A stretch of DNA of 64,000 nucleotides, from the sequence record MK327935.1; one strand, 5' to 3'. Below the pieces are notes generated by a model. It was given only the letters and a program-made list of their open reading frames with translations, did not search any database and was not told the origin of the DNA. A program made the translations under genes and the position numbers. Positions 63,032 to 64,000 of this stretch are shown here, one piece after another. The DNA is from Escherichia phage vB_EcoM_G2494. The stretch's first letter is position 1. Each line of letters starts with the position of its first letter.

Positions 63032-63688
63032 ATGCAAGTTTCTGAAAAAGGGAAAGACTTTGCTATCTCAAATGTCCTGCGCGCTATTTTCACAACTAAA
63101 AGCACGGAGTTGCTCGTACTTCGTGTTTTTGCTGCCGTCGTGTTGTCCATATTAGCATTTGTCGTTTATAGTAAAAACGAGTTATTTGCGCTTTATAAAG
63201 AGACTCGTTATGAGACTTATGCTCACATTCTCCAGGTAGAGAAAGACCGCAATTTTGATAATGCAGCACAGGAGCAGTTACAGATAGTTCATGTGTCGGC
63301 TGATGCCGATTTTTCTGCTGTTTTTAGTTTTCGTCCGAAAAACCTAAACTATTTTGTTGATTTGGTGGCATATGAAGGAAAGCTACCTCACACAATCGAT
63401 GAAAAAAATTTAGGCGGATTCCCTATCAATAAAACGAGTGAAGAATATCGTAGGCATCTTTTAGGTAAATCATATTTTACCGATAAAGATTTCCAGTATA
63501 TTCCATCAAGAGAAAAGAAATTAGAGAATATCGATATAGGGTTTATGTATTCTTGCCCTATATTCAATCTCGATAATGTCTATTCTGGTAGTATCGCCAT
63601 TGCATGGAAGAATAAACCGGATATTGACATTGAGAATTTAGATACTCTTTGCAATCAATCTGCCAGAATCCTCGGAAGGATTAGATAA
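63032..63688 (+). CDS. t: holin T
   Basis: 218 aa; QLQIVHVSADADFSAVFSFRPKNLNYFVDLVAYEGKLP ... ARILGR matches T4 holin. Confidence 0.92.
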   Translation: MQVSEKGKDFAISNVLRAIFTTKSTELLVLRVFAAVVLSILAFVVYSKNELFALYKETRYETYAHILQVEKDRNFDNAAQEQLQIVHVSADADFSAVFSFRPKNLNYFVDLVAYEGKLPHTIDEKNLGGFPINKTSEEYRRHLLGKSYFTDKDFQYIPSREKKLENIDIGFMYSCPIFNLDNVYSGSIAIAWKNKPDIDIENLDTLCNQSARILGRIR

Positions 63689-63693
63689 CTTAA

Positions 63694-63726
63694 AGGGGAA
63701 GCCTTTCGGCCTCCCCTTCTTTTTAT
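63694..63726. terminator. bidirectional rho-independent terminator
   Basis: aggggaagcc-tttc-ggcctcccct hairpin followed by T-run. Confidence 0.65.
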
Positions 63727-63971
63727 TGGCGCATAGAAGCCCCTGAATCACATTTTGACGCTGTATGATGAAAACAGGTAGCGTACCAGTCATCGGCTTG
63801 TTTGTCTTCGTCAGAAAACGCGTAATTGCGTTGTATGCCGTTTTCTACTTTGACCAGTGCAATAGCTGTTTCTGGAAGATCAATCAATCGGACAAAATCA
63901 CCATCTTCCCACTCTACACGAGCAATATCATAGCCCATCTCAAAGTATACAATCGCTTGTTCTAATTTCAT
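63723..63971 (-). CDS. hypothetical protein (82 aa)
   Basis: ATG start near window end; no recognised family. Confidence 0.45.
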   Translation of the reverse strand: MKLEQAIVYFEMGYDIARVEWEDGDFVRLIDLPETAIALVKVENGIQRNYAFSDEDKQADDWYATCFHHTASKCDSGASMRQ

Positions 63972-64000
63972 TCTGGAAACTTCCCGTAAACATTCTCTGC

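Overview
This window is a T4-type (Tevenvirinae-like) phage genome segment running co-linearly with T4 genes 22-23-24, hoc/inh, uvsW, uvsY, baseplate genes 25-26-51-27-28-29-48-54, alt, 30 (ligase), 31, cd, pseT, spanins, rnlA, denA, nrdB, nrdA, td, frd, 32, 59, 33, dsbA, rnh, long tail fibre genes 34-35-36-37-38 and holin t. Core identifications rest on direct protein-level recognition from the translated ORFs; no search was run. Between the conserved blocks lie accessory ('hyperplastic') regions of small minus-strand genes, each preceded by a near-consensus sigma70-type early promoter (TTGACA, 17 bp, TATAAT) whose spacer is often a GC-rich palindrome. From memory these resemble the promoter-early stem-loop (PeSL) cassettes described for RB49-type pseudo-T-even phages. 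The most interesting candidates for undescribed biology are: (i) a tightly coupled five-gene early operon (22256-24311) encoding a DUF262/ParB-like protein, a Cys-rich zinc-ribbon protein and a compact cytosine-C5 methyltransferase-like protein; (ii) a stand-alone SLOG/DprA-like Rossmann protein (4059-4646) at the position where T4 carries rnlB; (iii) a tandem array of seven divergent paralogs sharing an HxHxW ... LAVDV motif (25921-29573); (iv) a NADAR-like protein next to DNA ligase, together with two ADP-ribosyltransferase paralogs; and (v) a thymidylate synthase with a roughly 115-residue in-frame insertion. Several signs of recent genome plasticity are visible: an in-frame TGA in an otherwise intact paralog, an ATA at a start position, a 16-bp tandem duplication that frameshifts a membrane protein, near-identical gene duplicates, and a dispersed inverted intergenic repeat. 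No tRNA, rRNA, CRISPR array or intron was found. Coordinates of promoters, terminators and hand-called small ORFs were read by eye and may be off by 1-2 bp.
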